Source of the DNA: Dehalococcoidia bacterium
GTDB lineage: Bacteria; Chloroflexota; Dehalococcoidia; GIF9; UBA5629
Assembly (NCBI GenBank): GCA_050011565.1
Contig: JBEKIW010000003.1
Location: forward strand, 32,001 to 96,000
DNA: 64,000 nt
Direction: 5' to 3'
The notes under the pieces are model-generated. The model was given only the letters and a program-made list of their open reading frames with translations, was not told the DNA's origin and did not search any database. This document shows, one piece after another, positions 63,506 through 64,000 of this stretch. Every line of letters starts with the position of its first letter. Within the stretch, counting starts at the first letter, position 1. Position numbers and translations under genes: made by a program.

Positions 63506-64000
63506 ACCAGATTTCCTATATTGTGGCGTTTACCGGCGGACTGCTTTCCTTCTTTTCACCCTGCGTCCTGCCACTGGTGCCAGCCTATCTGGCCAATCTG
63601 GCTGGTATTACCGCCATAGACCCTGATAGCAGGAAAAGCTTCCTGCCGGCTTTGTTTCACTCCCTCGCCTTCGTGCTCGGCTTCTCTATAATCTTCATTG
63701 GCCTGGGCGCGTCAATCGGCTTAATAGGCAACACCATAACTGCCCATTCATTACTGCTCCGCTATATTGCCGGCGGTTTGATTATCGCCTTTGGTATTTT
63801 CCTTATTGCTGCCTATAAATTACCGTGGCTGAACTATGAAAAACGCCTCAAAACAACCGCCGGCAGCAACCCGGGCTACTTACGCTCGGTCGGTATCGGG
63901 GCTGCCTTTGCCCTGGGATGGACACCCTGCATCGGCCCAATATTGGGTGCCATTCTTATGCTGGCCTTTAACTCTCAGACTGTAGCAGAAGGTGCCCTAT
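63502..64000 (+). CDS. ccdA: Cytochrome c biogenesis protein CcdA (runs off window end)
   Basis: MNQISYIVAFTGGLLSFFSPCVLPLVPAYL...GWTPCIGPILG; ATGA overlap with trxA. Confidence 0.9.
   Translation, partial: MNQISYIVAFTGGLLSFFSPCVLPLVPAYLANLAGITAIDPDSRKSFLPALFHSLAFVLGFSIIFIGLGASIGLIGNTITAHSLLLRYIAGGLIIAFGIFLIAAYKLPWLNYEKRLKTTAGSNPGYLRSVGIGAAFALGWTPCIGPILGAILMLAFNSQTVAEGAL

Overview
Bacterial chromosomal window, probably Dehalococcoidia (Chloroflexota); this is inferred from gene order and protein style, not from a database search. Core blocks are mnmA(3')-rnhB-yraN, gatB-secG, clpC-radA-ispD-ispF-cysE-cysS, rpoB-rpoC-ruvB, hpt-ade, glyQS-sbcD and trxA-ccdA. An accessory stretch of about 14 kb (5.85-19.85 kb) holds Cys-rich surface proteins, small membrane proteins, an amidohydrolase, a KAP NTPase and a penicillin-acylase-family gene. 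Non-coding features are a NiCo (czcD) riboswitch with terminator ahead of a CDF exporter, an orphan 5S rRNA with its own promoter and no 23S, and three families of dispersed repeats (two palindromic, one 7-bp periodic). The most unusual signal appears four times: cargo genes sit between an intact host gene and a displaced terminal fragment of a divergent allele of that same gene (MBL hydrolase 3' end, a membrane-protein 3' end, gatB 5' end plus promoter, DRG-GTPase 5' end). In the two longer cases the differences are mostly synonymous, and no integrase or transposase was recognised. This points to a repeated, homology-anchored gene-acquisition mechanism.
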